Source: a virus. Taken from it: a DNA stretch of 64,000 nucleotides. The position numbers and the translations under genes were made by a program. Of the stretch, positions 1-10,103 are shown piece after piece. The notes under the pieces are model-generated. The model worked only from the letters and a program-made list of their open reading frames with translations. It had not been told where the DNA came from and did no database searches. The stretch lies in the IMG/VR virus record IMGVR_UViG_3300044970_001685. One strand, written 5' to 3'. The stretch's first letter is position 1. Each line of letters opens with the position of its first letter.

Positions 1-486
1 CACCAAAATGACATCGTGTTCTTTTGTGATTCTGATTTATTCTTAATTGATAATTTTAGCATAACTGAATATATGGAAGATGCCATAATTTCAGGTTTGC
101 CACAATATAGAGGATCTATCACTTATATGTGGAATGGTATTATGTTCTTTAATATGCCAAAGATGGAAGATCTTGATATTGATTTTTCCGATGGTGTGGT
201 AAATGGAGAACTTACTGATGTTGGTGGAAACACTTATTATTATTTCAAAAAGAATAATTTTTGGATGAAAGAAACCGATGTTCAATATCCAACCAATTAT
301 AATGAAATTGATTTGCAAAACGAAGAGGTAACCAAGGGATATAATTTTGAGTTACATTTGGATGGTAAGTTTCTTCATTATCGTGCTGCTACTAATTGGC
401 ATTCTAATTGGAGAGGGTCTGAAGATCCTCTTACCAATAAAACAAAAGTCTTCAATCAAATTATTGAAAGTATTCTTTCCGAATGA
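1..486 (+). CDS. 5'-truncated putative glycosyltransferase-like protein
   Basis: ORF runs in from the window edge; DxD-like motif (CDSD); FLHYRAATNW C-terminus; next to a GT25 gene. Confidence 0.5.
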   Translation, partial: HQNDIVFFCDSDLFLIDNFSITEYMEDAIISGLPQYRGSITYMWNGIMFFNMPKMEDLDIDFSDGVVNGELTDVGGNTYYYFKKNNFWMKETDVQYPTNYNEIDLQNEEVTKGYNFELHLDGKFLHYRAATNWHSNWRGSEDPLTNKTKVFNQIIESILSE

Positions 487-1280
487 TGGATAAAAATAAA
501 TCGGTACATAAACTCAAAGGTCTTCCCCCCATTTACTACATCAATCTGGGTGAAAAACCAGAGAGAGCACAGTTTATGGAAGATCAGTTTAAATACTGGG
601 AAGTTGAAAATTATACTCGTATCTCTGCCTATGATGGTCGGGGAGATAGAGATCTTGGAGATATTCTTAAAGGTCGTTATCCTGATATGATGTCTTCTGG
701 TGAAGTTGGATGTGTAACTTCACATCTCAAAGCAATGAAGCATTGGTTGGAAACTTCTGATTCCCCTTGTGCTTTAATGATGGAGGATGATTGTGACATA
801 AGCACTGTCACTCATTGGGGATTTTCTTGGAAAGATTTCTATGCAAAAATTCCTTATGATTATGATGTGATACAACTTGCTATTATTAATCCTGCACAGG
901 TTCACGTCCAGTTGCATCGTCGTTTTGTAAATGACTTTTCAACTGCTTGTTATATGATCACTCGCCATCACGCACAGAAACTTATCAATCTTCATTGTCG
1001 TGGTGATAAGTATAAACTTGATCAGGGTGTTAAACCAAGAGCAGTTGCTGATGACTTGATTTATAACTCTGGTAATACTTTTTCTATTCCTTTGTTCTTG
1101 TATAAGATTGATCTAGGATCTGACATTCACGATATTCATATTGATGTTTTCCATCGTAGTAGTCACGATGGATTGTGGCAGTTTTGGAGAAATCAATCTG
1201 CTGATGTGTCTGATTGGAATCCGTTCTTTGACTATGATCCATATCTTGGTAGACTTCCTCCTGGTTGGGAAGGAAAATAG
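483..1280 (+). CDS. Glycosyltransferase family 25 (LPS biosynthesis-type)
   Basis: YYINL..PER, RISAYDG, GEVGC..SH, MMEDD and STACYMIT motifs of GT25. Confidence 0.85.
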   Translation: MMDKNKSVHKLKGLPPIYYINLGEKPERAQFMEDQFKYWEVENYTRISAYDGRGDRDLGDILKGRYPDMMSSGEVGCVTSHLKAMKHWLETSDSPCALMMEDDCDISTVTHWGFSWKDFYAKIPYDYDVIQLAIINPAQVHVQLHRRFVNDFSTACYMITRHHAQKLINLHCRGDKYKLDQGVKPRAVADDLIYNSGNTFSIPLFLYKIDLGSDIHDIHIDVFHRSSHDGLWQFWRNQSADVSDWNPFFDYDPYLGRLPPGWEGK

Positions 1281-1316
1281 TAAGCATTTATACTTATTTT
1301 GTTAGGACATCCGAAC

Positions 1317-1376
1317 AAAGAGGGGCTTGACCCCTCTTTATTTTTGCTATATAATCTTGTAACAGTTCTTTACAAT
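1317..1376 (+). promoter_or_regulatory. Terminator hairpin overlapping a sigma70 promoter (TTGACC-17-TATAAT) plus an HLR1/RpaB-like repeat upstream of hli
   Basis: AAAGAGGGG-cttga-CCCCTCTTT; TTGACC 1327, TATAAT 1350; GTAACAGT-TC-TTTACAAT 1359-1376. Confidence 0.7.
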
Positions 1377-1382
1377 ACTACA

Positions 1383-1592
1383 ATGACTGTAACGACTAAT
1401 GATCGAGGACAAATGAATATGTGGGCAATTGAACCACCTGTTTATATTTCTGATGAAGATGCAAAGAAGTATGGAATGAAGAGTTATGCTGAACGAGCCG
1501 AATCTGCTAATGGTCGCTGGGCTATGCTTGGGATCGTGGCTGGTTTTATCTCTTATGCCCTGACAGGCCATCTGTTTTTTGGTGTAATCTGA
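1383..1592 (+). CDS. hli: High-light-inducible protein
   Basis: AESANGRWAMLG chlorophyll-binding motif; start re-called at ATG 1383. Confidence 0.92.
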   Translation: MTVTTNDRGQMNMWAIEPPVYISDEDAKKYGMKSYAERAESANGRWAMLGIVAGFISYALTGHLFFGVI

Positions 1593-1601
1593 GACTTGAC
1601 A

Positions 1602-1688
1602 ATGACTTCACTTTTGTTTACAATAACATCCGTTGCCTTCTTTGTTTTGTTGGCACATTCAATAAATCAACTTTCAGAAACTTACTAA
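1602..1688 (+). CDS. 28-aa hydrophobic peptide (MTSLLFTITSVAFFVLLAHSINQLSETY)
   Basis: Hand-translated; fills the hli-petF gap; single TM-like stretch. Confidence 0.5.
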   Translation: MTSLLFTITSVAFFVLLAHSINQLSETY

Positions 1689-2250
<562 letters not shown>

Positions 2251-2254
<4 letters not shown>

Positions 2255-2358
2255 ACGAAAGAGCAGAACGTATTAATGGTTGGGCAGCGATGATTGGTGT
2301 CGTTGCTGCAATGGGTTCGTATGCATTTACGGGCCAAATTATTCCTGGTATTTGGTGA
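2251..2358 (+). CDS. hli: High-light-inducible protein, 35 aa (missed by ORF track)
   Basis: MNERAERINGWAAMIGVVAAMGSYAFTGQIIPGIW; AGGAG RBS. Confidence 0.93.
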
Positions 2359-2371
2359 AATGGAGGTTAAA

Positions 2372-2899
2372 ATGCGTAGTGAAGGTTATACTATTCCCGA
2401 AGTCCAATTTCAATTTCGTGAAAATGGAGAATTTGTAACTCGTACATCTTCGGAACTCTTCAATGGAAAGCGTGTGGTCATTTTTAGTCTGCCTGGTGCT
2501 TTCACTCCTACTTGCAGTGCCTATCAGCTTCCTGGATTCGAAGAGAAATATGACGACTTTATTGGTCTTGGCATCGACGATATTTACTGCATCTCTGTTA
2601 ATGATGGGTTTGTGATGAATGCCTGGGCACAAGACCAGAATATCAAGAACGTCACTCTTATCCCTGACGGCAATGCTTACTTCACACGTTCTATGGGTAT
2701 GCTCGTCAATAAGTCTAACCTTGGTTTCGGTGATCGCTCTTGGCGTTATGCTGCTGTCGTGGATAACGGAATCATCGAGAAACTATTCGTTGAAGTGGGG
2801 CAACGGGACAACGCTGACACCGACCCTTATGAGCAGACTACTCCAGAAAATGTTCTAGAATATGTTTCGGCAAATGTAAAAGTGGGTGCTACTGTTTGA
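2372..2899 (+). CDS. Peroxiredoxin (Prx5/type II)
   Basis: LPGAFTPTCS, SVND.FVM.AW and RSWRYA motifs; GGAGG RBS before ATG 2372. Confidence 0.93.
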   Translation: MRSEGYTIPEVQFQFRENGEFVTRTSSELFNGKRVVIFSLPGAFTPTCSAYQLPGFEEKYDDFIGLGIDDIYCISVNDGFVMNAWAQDQNIKNVTLIPDGNAYFTRSMGMLVNKSNLGFGDRSWRYAAVVDNGIIEKLFVEVGQRDNADTDPYEQTTPENVLEYVSANVKVGATV

Positions 2900-2919
2900 T
2901 ATAACACTTAATACTACTC

Positions 2920-2953
2920 AACTCTGTTGCTAAATAGGCAGCAGAGTTTTTTT
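2920..2953 (+). terminator. Rho-independent terminator
   Basis: ACTCTGTTGC-taaatag-GCAGCAGAGT followed by a T tract. Confidence 0.8.
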
Positions 2954-2957
2954 GTAT

Positions 2958-3122
2958 ATGCCACGCGGACACTTGACCAAAGATATTATTAAGTGTGAAG
3001 TACTTAAATTAAAAAAAGATTTAGATAATGAGTGGATGAATAAATCTGGATATGATCCAAAGTGGTTAGCGCATCATTATTTGAACAAAGTATTGGACAA
3101 GATTGATGAGTATAGGGTATAA
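2958..3122 (+). CDS. Small hypothetical protein (54 aa, MPRGHLTKDIIKCEVLKLK...)
   Basis: Hand-translated ORF filling the gap. Confidence 0.65.
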   Translation: MPRGHLTKDIIKCEVLKLKKDLDNEWMNKSGYDPKWLAHHYLNKVLDKIDEYRV

Positions 3123-3155
3123 TAAATATTATAAGAGCAAAATTGATATTAGTTA

Positions 3156-5156
3156 ATGGGCATTTTTAAGAAGACTGTAAAGTATTCTAAGGCTTCTAAG
3201 GATCTAGATAGTAAAATAAAAAGTCTTGATGAAGGTCTGAAGAAAACAGGTGTCATTCCCGAGCAGAATGATGCTAAGACTTTTTGTGTTGAAGAAAAGA
3301 AAGAGGAAAATATTCCTAAAATTATTGATGAAATTGAAGTAGTAAAGGAGGAAGAAAAGTTATATAATTGGAGAGAGACTCTTCTAGAAGAAAATATTGA
3401 AGAAGAAATTTTAGAAGATAATTATGAAACTCCAAGTTTAACTAGAGTTGAAAATTATATTTCAGAGAGTAATAAAGATTTAATTTTAATTAGAGATCAG
3501 ATATTCAAAGAAATATCAGAACAAACTTTATTAGATCTTCCTGAAATTAAAAATAAAATTTCCAAAGTTTTAGAAATATATGAACAACTTCAAGAAGGTT
3601 TATTGAATGAACCTCCTGAGACAAAGAATGAAGATCCTCTTACACCACTCAATCAAAACTTTGTAACTACCGAAGATTTAAATAAGCACTACACATTATT
3701 CATTAATCGTGTTCAAGAACAACTTTCAACAATTGGTGGTGGTGGAGAAACTAGATTAAAATATCTTGATGATATTGTAGGTATTGCCACAAATGCGAGT
3801 CTTTATGATGGTAAGTTTTTAAAATATGACCACACTATTGGTAAGTTTGTTTTTGAAGCAGCTTCTGGAAGTGGTGGTAGTGGAGAATATGCTAATATTG
3901 CTGGTATAGCAACTTATGCTTCCACTGCTGGGGTTTCAACATATTCTTCAATTTCTGGAGTATCTACTTATGCTTCAACAGCAGGAATAAGCACTTATGC
4001 ATCTTTAAGTGGTATTGCTACTTATGCTTTAACTTCTGGTATCTCCACATATGCACAAACAGCAGGAATAGCAACATCGGCAGGAACAGCAACGACTGCA
4101 ACAAATCTTTCTGATGCCGCCAATATTCTTACTGGCATCATTAATAAGGACAGAATCTCAACAACGAATGCATTAACTGTTCTTGGTGACTTATATGTAA
4201 GCAATAATATTTCTTTTGGTGGCACAGTAACTCAACTGAATACTGAACAACTTAATATTGTTGATGCTGATATTGTATTAGGTATTGGTACAACTTTTAG
4301 TCCATCGGATAATACTGCAAATCACGGTGGTATTGCGATTGCATCAACAGAAGGATCTCCACTTGTAGATCTAAATATTGTTCCTGGTGAAACCAATCCA
4401 ACCACATATAAGAAAATGATGTGGTTTAAGGGTGATACAATTGGTGCTGGTATTACCGATGCTTGGTTGTTTAACTATGCTGTTGGTATTGGATCTACAC
4501 AAGTTCCTAACGGAGTTCGCCTGGCAGTTGGTAATATTAGACTTACTGATAATACTGTAACTGCAACAACATTTAGTGGATCTTTAAGTGGAAATGCAAC
4601 AAGTGCCACAACTTCAACTTATGCTTCCACTGCTGGTTTAAGTACCTATGCGTCTACTGCTGGTATTGCTACTGTTGCACAAGGACTGACAGGAACTCCC
4701 AATATTAATGTTGGAATCTTTACTTCTACAATTTCTATTCCTACACAGTTAAGAACAAGATCTGTTGCAGAAAAGACTACACTTGTCAGTGGAAATACTG
4801 TTGGACTTGCTTTTAGCACTGGTGGTGGAAACGTTGCCATTTGTACTAACCCATCGGCAGATATCACTCTTAATGTAACTGAGATTCCAACAGATAGTTC
4901 TTTTGATAATCACAGCATTTCATTCTCTGTAATTGTAACTCAAACAGGAACTGCCAGAAGTTGTACTGCAGTAAACTTAAATGGAGTTTCTAGAACTATT
5001 CGTTGGTCTGGGGGATCTCTTGCAAATGCAGTTTCAGGAATCTCAACAAATAACGGATTTGATATTTTTACATTCACAGGAATTAATACAGTAGGTTCTG
5101 CAAGTACTACAGCAAATTACGTTGTTTTGGGAAGTTTGAATGGGGGATTTAATTAA
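3156..5156 (+). CDS. Tail-fibre-like structural protein with AGI(A/S)TYA repeats and a C-terminal 'socket A' domain
   Basis: Acidic coiled N-terminus; 9-aa repeats; segment shared with 12329..16246; C-terminal VAICTN...FTGINTVGSA domain shared with 3 other genes; late promoter upstream. Confidence 0.7.
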   Translation: MGIFKKTVKYSKASKDLDSKIKSLDEGLKKTGVIPEQNDAKTFCVEEKKEENIPKIIDEIEVVKEEEKLYNWRETLLEENIEEEILEDNYETPSLTRVENYISESNKDLILIRDQIFKEISEQTLLDLPEIKNKISKVLEIYEQLQEGLLNEPPETKNEDPLTPLNQNFVTTEDLNKHYTLFINRVQEQLSTIGGGGETRLKYLDDIVGIATNASLYDGKFLKYDHTIGKFVFEAASGSGGSGEYANIAGIATYASTAGVSTYSSISGVSTYASTAGISTYASLSGIATYALTSGISTYAQTAGIATSAGTATTATNLSDAANILTGIINKDRISTTNALTVLGDLYVSNNISFGGTVTQLNTEQLNIVDADIVLGIGTTFSPSDNTANHGGIAIASTEGSPLVDLNIVPGETNPTTYKKMMWFKGDTIGAGITDAWLFNYAVGIGSTQVPNGVRLAVGNIRLTDNTVTATTFSGSLSGNATSATTSTYASTAGLSTYASTAGIATVAQGLTGTPNINVGIFTSTISIPTQLRTRSVAEKTTLVSGNTVGLAFSTGGGNVAICTNPSADITLNVTEIPTDSSFDNHSISFSVIVTQTGTARSCTAVNLNGVSRTIRWSGGSLANAVSGISTNNGFDIFTFTGINTVGSASTTANYVVLGSLNGGFN

Positions 5157-6031
5157 TGTCTTTTATTTCCAGAGTTAGCACTGGTCGTCAAGGACGTTCA
5201 CAACAAACTAAAAGAAGAACTCCTGTAACGCCACCAGTTTTTTCAGAAACTGGTTGGAACATTCTGATGATGTACACTGGAAAGAAAATAGCAAGTACAA
5301 CTTGGACTGCTACTGGTACACCATCTGTTAATACTTTAAGAACTAGTATGGGTTCTCCTGGCACGTCAACGTTTATGACGATGACTGCTGTTTCAACAGG
5401 CGCGAATGGAAGAACTGCTCTGGGTCAAGGTCAAGGTTTATATAATGCTTTCTTTACTCAAACTGGTATCACAAAAATTGCTTTGGTTGATGGAAGTGGA
5501 AGTAGTCTAGACCCAACTTCTCATACAAACTATCTCGTTTATGATTTGGTAGAAAGTACAGGAAGTGAATCTATTGATGCGATTTTAAAAAGACTGGATA
5601 TTTACCAGAGAGACGCAGCACAGTTTCAGGCAAATGATAGTGTCTGGCCAAACGCAAGTGTTTTAAACCATACTGCTGGAACAAATGGATATTCTGGTTT
5701 ACTATCCGCAAGTGGTGGAACAGCATTTAAAGCATTTTCAAGAGCTGGCGCCGATCAAGGCATTCCAGGTCGTTTCTGTGTAATGGGAATCAATAGAGAC
5801 TCTGATAATGACATTCAGGCATTATGTGCTTTCAGTGGGAACTTACAGTCTGGAAAAGGTGATGCTTGGAGAGGTCAAAACCCAGAACAAACTTTTTGGA
5901 GTTACTGGGGAGATGACTTCCATACAGACAGTCGCTTGCGTAGAATCGGAAACCAGTTACAGTCTGCTCCTGGCGTTGCGACACAGTGTATTCATACTGG
6001 GGACGTATATTTGCTTGCTTATACCCCTTGA
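5156..6031 (+). CDS. Hypothetical protein, putative fibre-tip partner
   Basis: Coupled (TAATG) to the socket-A fibre; N-terminus MSFISRVS resembles MAPIISRLS. Confidence 0.6.
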   Translation: MSFISRVSTGRQGRSQQTKRRTPVTPPVFSETGWNILMMYTGKKIASTTWTATGTPSVNTLRTSMGSPGTSTFMTMTAVSTGANGRTALGQGQGLYNAFFTQTGITKIALVDGSGSSLDPTSHTNYLVYDLVESTGSESIDAILKRLDIYQRDAAQFQANDSVWPNASVLNHTAGTNGYSGLLSASGGTAFKAFSRAGADQGIPGRFCVMGINRDSDNDIQALCAFSGNLQSGKGDAWRGQNPEQTFWSYWGDDFHTDSRLRRIGNQLQSAPGVATQCIHTGDVYLLAYTP

Positions 6032-6077
6032 CACCAGAAGCAGATGGTGCTATGATAAATAGGTAAACAAATGTTAC
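6028..6077 (+). promoter_or_regulatory. psbA promoter (TTGACA-17-TATGAT), overlapping late-promoter-like ATAAATA and HLR1-like repeat
   Basis: Direct sequence; minus strand reads GTAACATT-TG-TTTACCTA at 6060-6077. Confidence 0.7.
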
Positions 6078-6104
6078 GGAATTCTCATAATTCTTAACAT
6101 TGCT

Positions 6105-6212
6105 CACACCCGCTAACCGAGACCTATGGGTGTATAAATTACGTCTCTCATACCCAGTCTGAGGGTGACTGGGGAATAGTATCACCACCATTTCCCTGAT
6201 GGTCTTACTACT
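6105..6212 (+). ncRNA. Structured psbA leader, PhotoRC-II-like cis-regulatory RNA
   Basis: Pairings ACACCC/GGGTGT, GAGAC/GTCTC (pseudoknot), CCCAGTC/GACTGGG, ACCAT/ATGGT directly upstream of phage psbA. Confidence 0.7.
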
Positions 6213-6223
6213 CTTTTAAACAA

Positions 6224-7306
6224 ATGACTGCTTCAATTGCTTCACGTCAACAACAATCGAATACTTGGGAACAGTTCTGCAACTGGGTTACTTCAACCGA
6301 TAATCGTCTTTATGTCGGTTGGTTCGGAGTTCTGATGATTCCTTGCCTGCTTGCTGCTACGACTTGTTTCATCATCGCATTCATCGGTGCTCCCCCTGTG
6401 GACATTGATGGTATCCGTGAACCCGTTGCTGGTTCACTCATGTACGGAAACAACATCATCTCTGGTGCTGTGATTCCTTCGTCCAATGCTATTGGACTGC
6501 ACTTTTACCCCATCTGGGAAGCTGCTTCCCTAGATGAGTGGCTTTACAACGGTGGGCCTTTCCAACTGGTTGTGTTCCACTTCCTGATTGGTATCTACGC
6601 CTATATGGGTCGTGAGTGGGAACTTTCTTATCGTCTGGGTATGCGTCCTTGGATCTGTGTTGCTTACAGCGCACCCGTTGCTGCTGCTAGCGCAGTGTTT
6701 CTGGTCTATCCCTTCGGTCAAGGTTCTTTCTCTGATGCGATGCCCCTGGGTATCTCTGGTACTTTCAACTACATGCTTGTGTTCCAGGCAGAGCACAACA
6801 TCCTGATGCACCCCTTCCACATGCTTGGAGTTGCTGGTGTCTTCGGTGGTTCTCTGTTCAGTGCAATGCACGGTTCGCTGGTAACTTCTTCTCTGGTTCG
6901 TGAAACCACTGAGAACGAGTCACAGAACTATGGTTACAAGTTCGGTCAAGAAGAAGAGACTTATAACATCGTTGCTGCTCACGGTTATTTCGGACGCCTT
7001 ATTTTCCAATATGCTTCCTTCAATAACTCCCGTTCGCTGCACTTCTTCCTTGCTGCCTGGCCCGTGGTTGGCATCTGGTTCACCGCTCTTGGTGTTTCCA
7101 CGATGGCTTTTAACCTTAACGGTTTTAATTTCAATCAGTCCATCATTGACTCTCAGGGTCGTGTATTGAACACCTGGGCTGATGTTCTTAACCGTGCTGG
7201 ACTGGGCATGGAAGTGATGCATGAACGTAATGCTCACAATTTCCCATTGGATCTTGCTGCTGCCGAAAGCACACCTGTTGCTCTCACTGCTCCTGCCATT
7301 GGTTGA
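6224..7306 (+). CDS. psbA: Photosystem II D1 protein (E130 form, no intron)
   Basis: Full-length D1; MGREWELS; C-terminal [14 protein letters not shown]. Confidence 0.99.
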   Translation: MTASIASRQQQSNTWEQFCNWVTSTDNRLYVGWFGVLMIPCLLAATTCFIIAFIGAPPVDIDGIREPVAGSLMYGNNIISGAVIPSSNAIGLHFYPIWEAASLDEWLYNGGPFQLVVFHFLIGIYAYMGREWELSYRLGMRPWICVAYSAPVAAASAVFLVYPFGQGSFSDAMPLGISGTFNYMLVFQAEHNILMHPFHMLGVAGVFGGSLFSAMHGSLVTSSLVRETTENESQNYGYKFGQEEETYNIVAAHGYFGRLIFQYASFNNSRSLHFFLAAWPVVGIWFTALGVSTMAFNLNGFNFNQSIIDSQGRVLNTWADVLNRAGLGMEVMHERNAHNFPLDLAAAESTPVALTAPAIG

Positions 7307-7330
7307 TAAAATAAAAACAGAATAATATCA

Positions 7331-7358
7331 AAAGGGGACTTGCAAAAGTCCCTTTTTT
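7331..7358 (+). terminator. Terminator after psbA
   Basis: AAAAGGGGACTT-gcaa-AAGTCCCTTTTTT. Confidence 0.8.
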
Positions 7359-7395
7359 ACTATATAATAATGAATGAGAATAAAGCACGAGTAAA

Positions 7396-7833
7396 ATGGC
7401 AAGAGCAATTCAGGTAGAAGGAATTAAGTATTGTAAGAGTTGTGATACTACTAAACCAATTGATGATTTTTATTTGAGAAATAAAACCAGTATGGTTAGA
7501 CATTCAACTTGTAAAGAATGCGATAGAAAAAGAGTTAAAGAAAATCACGATCCCATTAAGTATCGGGAACAACACCTTAAAAGAACGTATGGCATTACTC
7601 AAAAAGATTATGAATTAATGCTTGCAGAACAAAATAACCAGTGTGCTATTTGTAATACCACAGAACCTGGTGGAAGGCACAATACTGATTATTTTGTTGT
7701 AGATCATTGCCATACAACTGGTAAGAATAGAAAACTTCTTTGCCATAATTGCAACACAGCAATGGGACTTCTTGGAGATAATGTGAGTGTGATTGAAAGT
7801 ATGATTAAGTATTTGGAGGAGCATAAGCACTAA
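7396..7833 (+). CDS. Free-standing homing endonuclease, Endonuclease VII family (F-CphI-like)
   Basis: CKSC/CKEC zinc sites, YGIT...QNNQCAIC, VDHCH.TG..R.LLC..CN; sits directly downstream of psbA. Confidence 0.85.
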   Translation: MARAIQVEGIKYCKSCDTTKPIDDFYLRNKTSMVRHSTCKECDRKRVKENHDPIKYREQHLKRTYGITQKDYELMLAEQNNQCAICNTTEPGGRHNTDYFVVDHCHTTGKNRKLLCHNCNTAMGLLGDNVSVIESMIKYLEEHKH

Positions 7834-7839
7834 TACTCA

Positions 7840-7873
7840 TTGACCCCTTTGTTAACTTATGTTAAGATAAATA
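7840..7873 (+). promoter_or_regulatory. psbD promoter (TTGACC-17-TAAGAT) with HLR1-like repeat and ATAAATA
   Basis: Minus strand reads TTAACATA-AG-TTAACAAA at 7848-7865. Confidence 0.65.
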
Positions 7874-7894
7874 TGAGAAATCACTAGGGAGGCT

Positions 7895-8956
7895 ATGACT
7901 TCTTCAACACTTTCACGACCTATTCAACAAAGGGGGTGGTTCGATGTCCTGGATGACTGGCTTAAACGAGATCGCTTTGTATTTGTGGGTTGGTCTGGAC
8001 TATTACTTTTTCCCACTGCTTATCTTGCCCTTGGTGGCTGGCTTACTGGCACAACGTTTGTTACAAGCTGGTACACCCACGGGTTGGCGTCTAGTTACCT
8101 TGAAGGCGCTAATTTTCTTACGGCAGCTGTGTCAACGCCTGCAGATTCTATGGGTCATTCTCTTCTTCTACTTTGGGGTCCTGAGTCTCAGGGGGATTTC
8201 GTCAGGTGGTGCCAACTTGGGGGACTCTGGACTTTTGTGGCGCTTCACGGAGCCTTCGCTCTTATAGGTTTCATGTTGCGTCAGTTTGAGATTGCTAGAT
8301 TGGTCGGTATCCGTCCTTACAACGCAATCGCATTCTCTGGTCCTATTGCTGTATTCGTTTCAGTCTTTCTAATGTATCCTTTGGGACAATCCAGTTGGTT
8401 CTTTGCACCTTCATTTGGTGTTGCAGCAATCTTCCGCTTCCTTCTGTTCCTACAAGGATTCCACAACTGGACCCTCAACCCCTTCCACATGATGGGAGTT
8501 GCTGGTATACTGGGTGGAGCACTACTCTGTGCGATTCACGGAGCAACAGTAGAAAACACTCTATTTGAAGATAGTGATCAAGCAAACACTTTCAAAGCAT
8601 TTGAACCTACACAGGAAGAAGAAACGTATTCAATGGTTACTGCAAACAGATTCTGGTCACAGATATTTGGTATTGCTTTTAGTAACAAGCGTTGGTTGCA
8701 TTTCTTCATGCTATTTGTTCCTGTCATGGGTCTTTGGACTTCCAGTATTGGTATCATTGGTCTTGCCCTTAATCTTCGTGCTTACGACTTTGTAAGTCAG
8801 GAGATTCGTGCCGCTGAGGATCCTGAGTTTGAAACCTTCTATACAAAGAACATTCTTCTGAATGAAGGTCTTCGTGCTTGGATGGCACCAGTAGATCAAC
8901 CTCATGAGCAGTTTGTATTTCCAGAGGAAGTTCTTCCGAGAGGCAACGCACTCTAA
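7895..8956 (+). CDS. psbD: Photosystem II D2 protein
   Basis: [16 protein letters not shown]...[10 protein letters not shown]. Confidence 0.99.
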   Translation: MTSSTLSRPIQQRGWFDVLDDWLKRDRFVFVGWSGLLLFPTAYLALGGWLTGTTFVTSWYTHGLASSYLEGANFLTAAVSTPADSMGHSLLLLWGPESQGDFVRWCQLGGLWTFVALHGAFALIGFMLRQFEIARLVGIRPYNAIAFSGPIAVFVSVFLMYPLGQSSWFFAPSFGVAAIFRFLLFLQGFHNWTLNPFHMMGVAGILGGALLCAIHGATVENTLFEDSDQANTFKAFEPTQEEETYSMVTANRFWSQIFGIAFSNKRWLHFFMLFVPVMGLWTSSIGIIGLALNLRAYDFVSQEIRAAEDPEFETFYTKNILLNEGLRAWMAPVDQPHEQFVFPEEVLPRGNAL

Positions 8957-8964
8957 AATAAATA

Positions 8965-8991
8965 AGGGAGTTCCAAAGAACTCCTTTTTTT
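8965..8991 (+). terminator. Terminator after psbD
   Basis: GGAGTTC-caaa-GAACTCC followed by a T tract. Confidence 0.8.
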
Positions 8992-9063
8992 ATGGCATTT
9001 CTTTTAATGCTTTTTCTATTCCAACTATTTGGATTCTTTATGTTCTTTATGTCTCTATTATGA
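8992..9063 (+). CDS. Possible 23-aa hydrophobic peptide (MAFLLMLFLFQLFGFFMFFMSLL)
   Basis: Hand-translated; ATGA overlap with next ORF. Confidence 0.35.
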   Translation: MAFLLMLFLFQLFGFFMFFMSLL

Positions 9064-9182
9064 TTACTTCTGAAACCCCATACAAATTTGCAGAGATCAT
9101 TCGTGATACTTGGCCAGGTCTTTACAGAAAACCAGAACCATCTTATAATGAAAAAAAGAAATCAGAAAATGAAAAAGTATAA
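9060..9182 (+). CDS. Small hypothetical protein (MITSETPYKFAEIIRDTWP...)
   Basis: Start re-called within ORF 8904..9182. Confidence 0.55.
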   Translation: MITSETPYKFAEIIRDTWPGLYRKPEPSYNEKKKSENEKV

Positions 9183-9474
9183 CGAAGAATATTTTTCAGT
9201 CATTGAGACCAAGACTGGAAGGAAGATTGTTGATTGTGGCGATGAACAAGATGCACTGGCAATGGTTGCATTTGATCCTCAGAATAGAACAATTACAAGA
9301 AATAAGTTTCTAATGGGTCCTGTTGTAGACATTGAGATTCCAAAAGCACTTCCAACTTCAAATGTTGTTGTTTCAAACGTAAAAGAAAATGGTTGTGCTC
9401 CCCGTCGTGAACAACTAGAAGATGTCGGTCCAATTCAACTTCCACAAGGTCAAGGAGAACCTGTGGTCGTATGA
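9169..9474 (+). CDS. Hypothetical protein
   Basis: Start re-called at MKKYNEEYF. Confidence 0.6.
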   Translation: MKKYNEEYFSVIETKTGRKIVDCGDEQDALAMVAFDPQNRTITRNKFLMGPVVDIEIPKALPTSNVVVSNVKENGCAPRREQLEDVGPIQLPQGQGEPVVV

Positions 9475-9671
9475 ATCACCGAAAGCATAAACAAACAGAG
9501 AATCTTAAAAAGAAAAAGATGTATACCCCTGAGGGTTATTTGAAAGATCCTCCAGATGCAGAATGTCCTTACTGTGGTAAAAAGCAAAAAGCGTGCTCAT
9601 ATGTCAATAGTCTTGCACGCTCTTGGGCACGTGCTGCCTGCAAAAAGATAAATACAGATAAGTCGCAGTAA
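9471..9671 (+). CDS. Small Cys-rich hypothetical protein
   Basis: CPYC..C..C; ATGA overlap. Confidence 0.6.
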   Translation: MNHRKHKQTENLKKKKMYTPEGYLKDPPDAECPYCGKKQKACSYVNSLARSWARAACKKINTDKSQ

Positions 9672-9674
9672 CTT

Positions 9675-10046
9675 ATGGGACCTCTACATTCTCCAAAAGA
9701 ATACTTGTTTAACTTACACGTAACAAGTTCTGGGGAGGCAAAACGAATGTGGAGGCAAAACATAAAAGAAGAATGGGGAAATCAATGTGCTTATTGTGGG
9801 TCAGAAGAGAAACTCACAATTGATCACATTGTTCCTCAATCTAAAGGTGGAGCAGACTTTACAAAAAATGTAGTCTGCTGCTGCCACGATTGTAATCAGT
9901 CAAAGGGGCACGAGCACTGGAAGTTGTGGTATGTGCAACAAGACTTTTACGATGAAGAAAGATTCAACAAAATAGAAGAGTGGATGAAACCAGATCCTCC
10001 AACAAACTTGTTTGCTTATCGCCCTAGAAGGAATAACGCATCTTGA
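9675..10046 (+). CDS. HNH endonuclease
   Basis: CAYCG...TIDHIVP.SKGG...N...C..CN.SKG. Confidence 0.92.
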   Translation: MGPLHSPKEYLFNLHVTSSGEAKRMWRQNIKEEWGNQCAYCGSEEKLTIDHIVPQSKGGADFTKNVVCCCHDCNQSKGHEHWKLWYVQQDFYDEERFNKIEEWMKPDPPTNLFAYRPRRNNAS

Positions 10047-10103
10047 ATAAATAAAAGAAAGCAGTATATACTGCTTCTTCTGGTAAATACCGAATGCGAA
10101 TAG

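Noticed and set aside
1359-1373. NtcA box upstream of hli
   Set aside because: Spacing is GTA-N9-TAC, not N8; it fits an HLR1 direct repeat better
1299-1382. ORF-track 5' extensions (1299 hli, 2294 prx, 8904, 48398 gp33, 50685 mom)
   Set aside because: They run through terminators, promoters or upstream genes; downstream ATGs fit better
6224-7306. Group I intron in psbA
   Set aside because: The reading frame is continuous and full length (360 aa)
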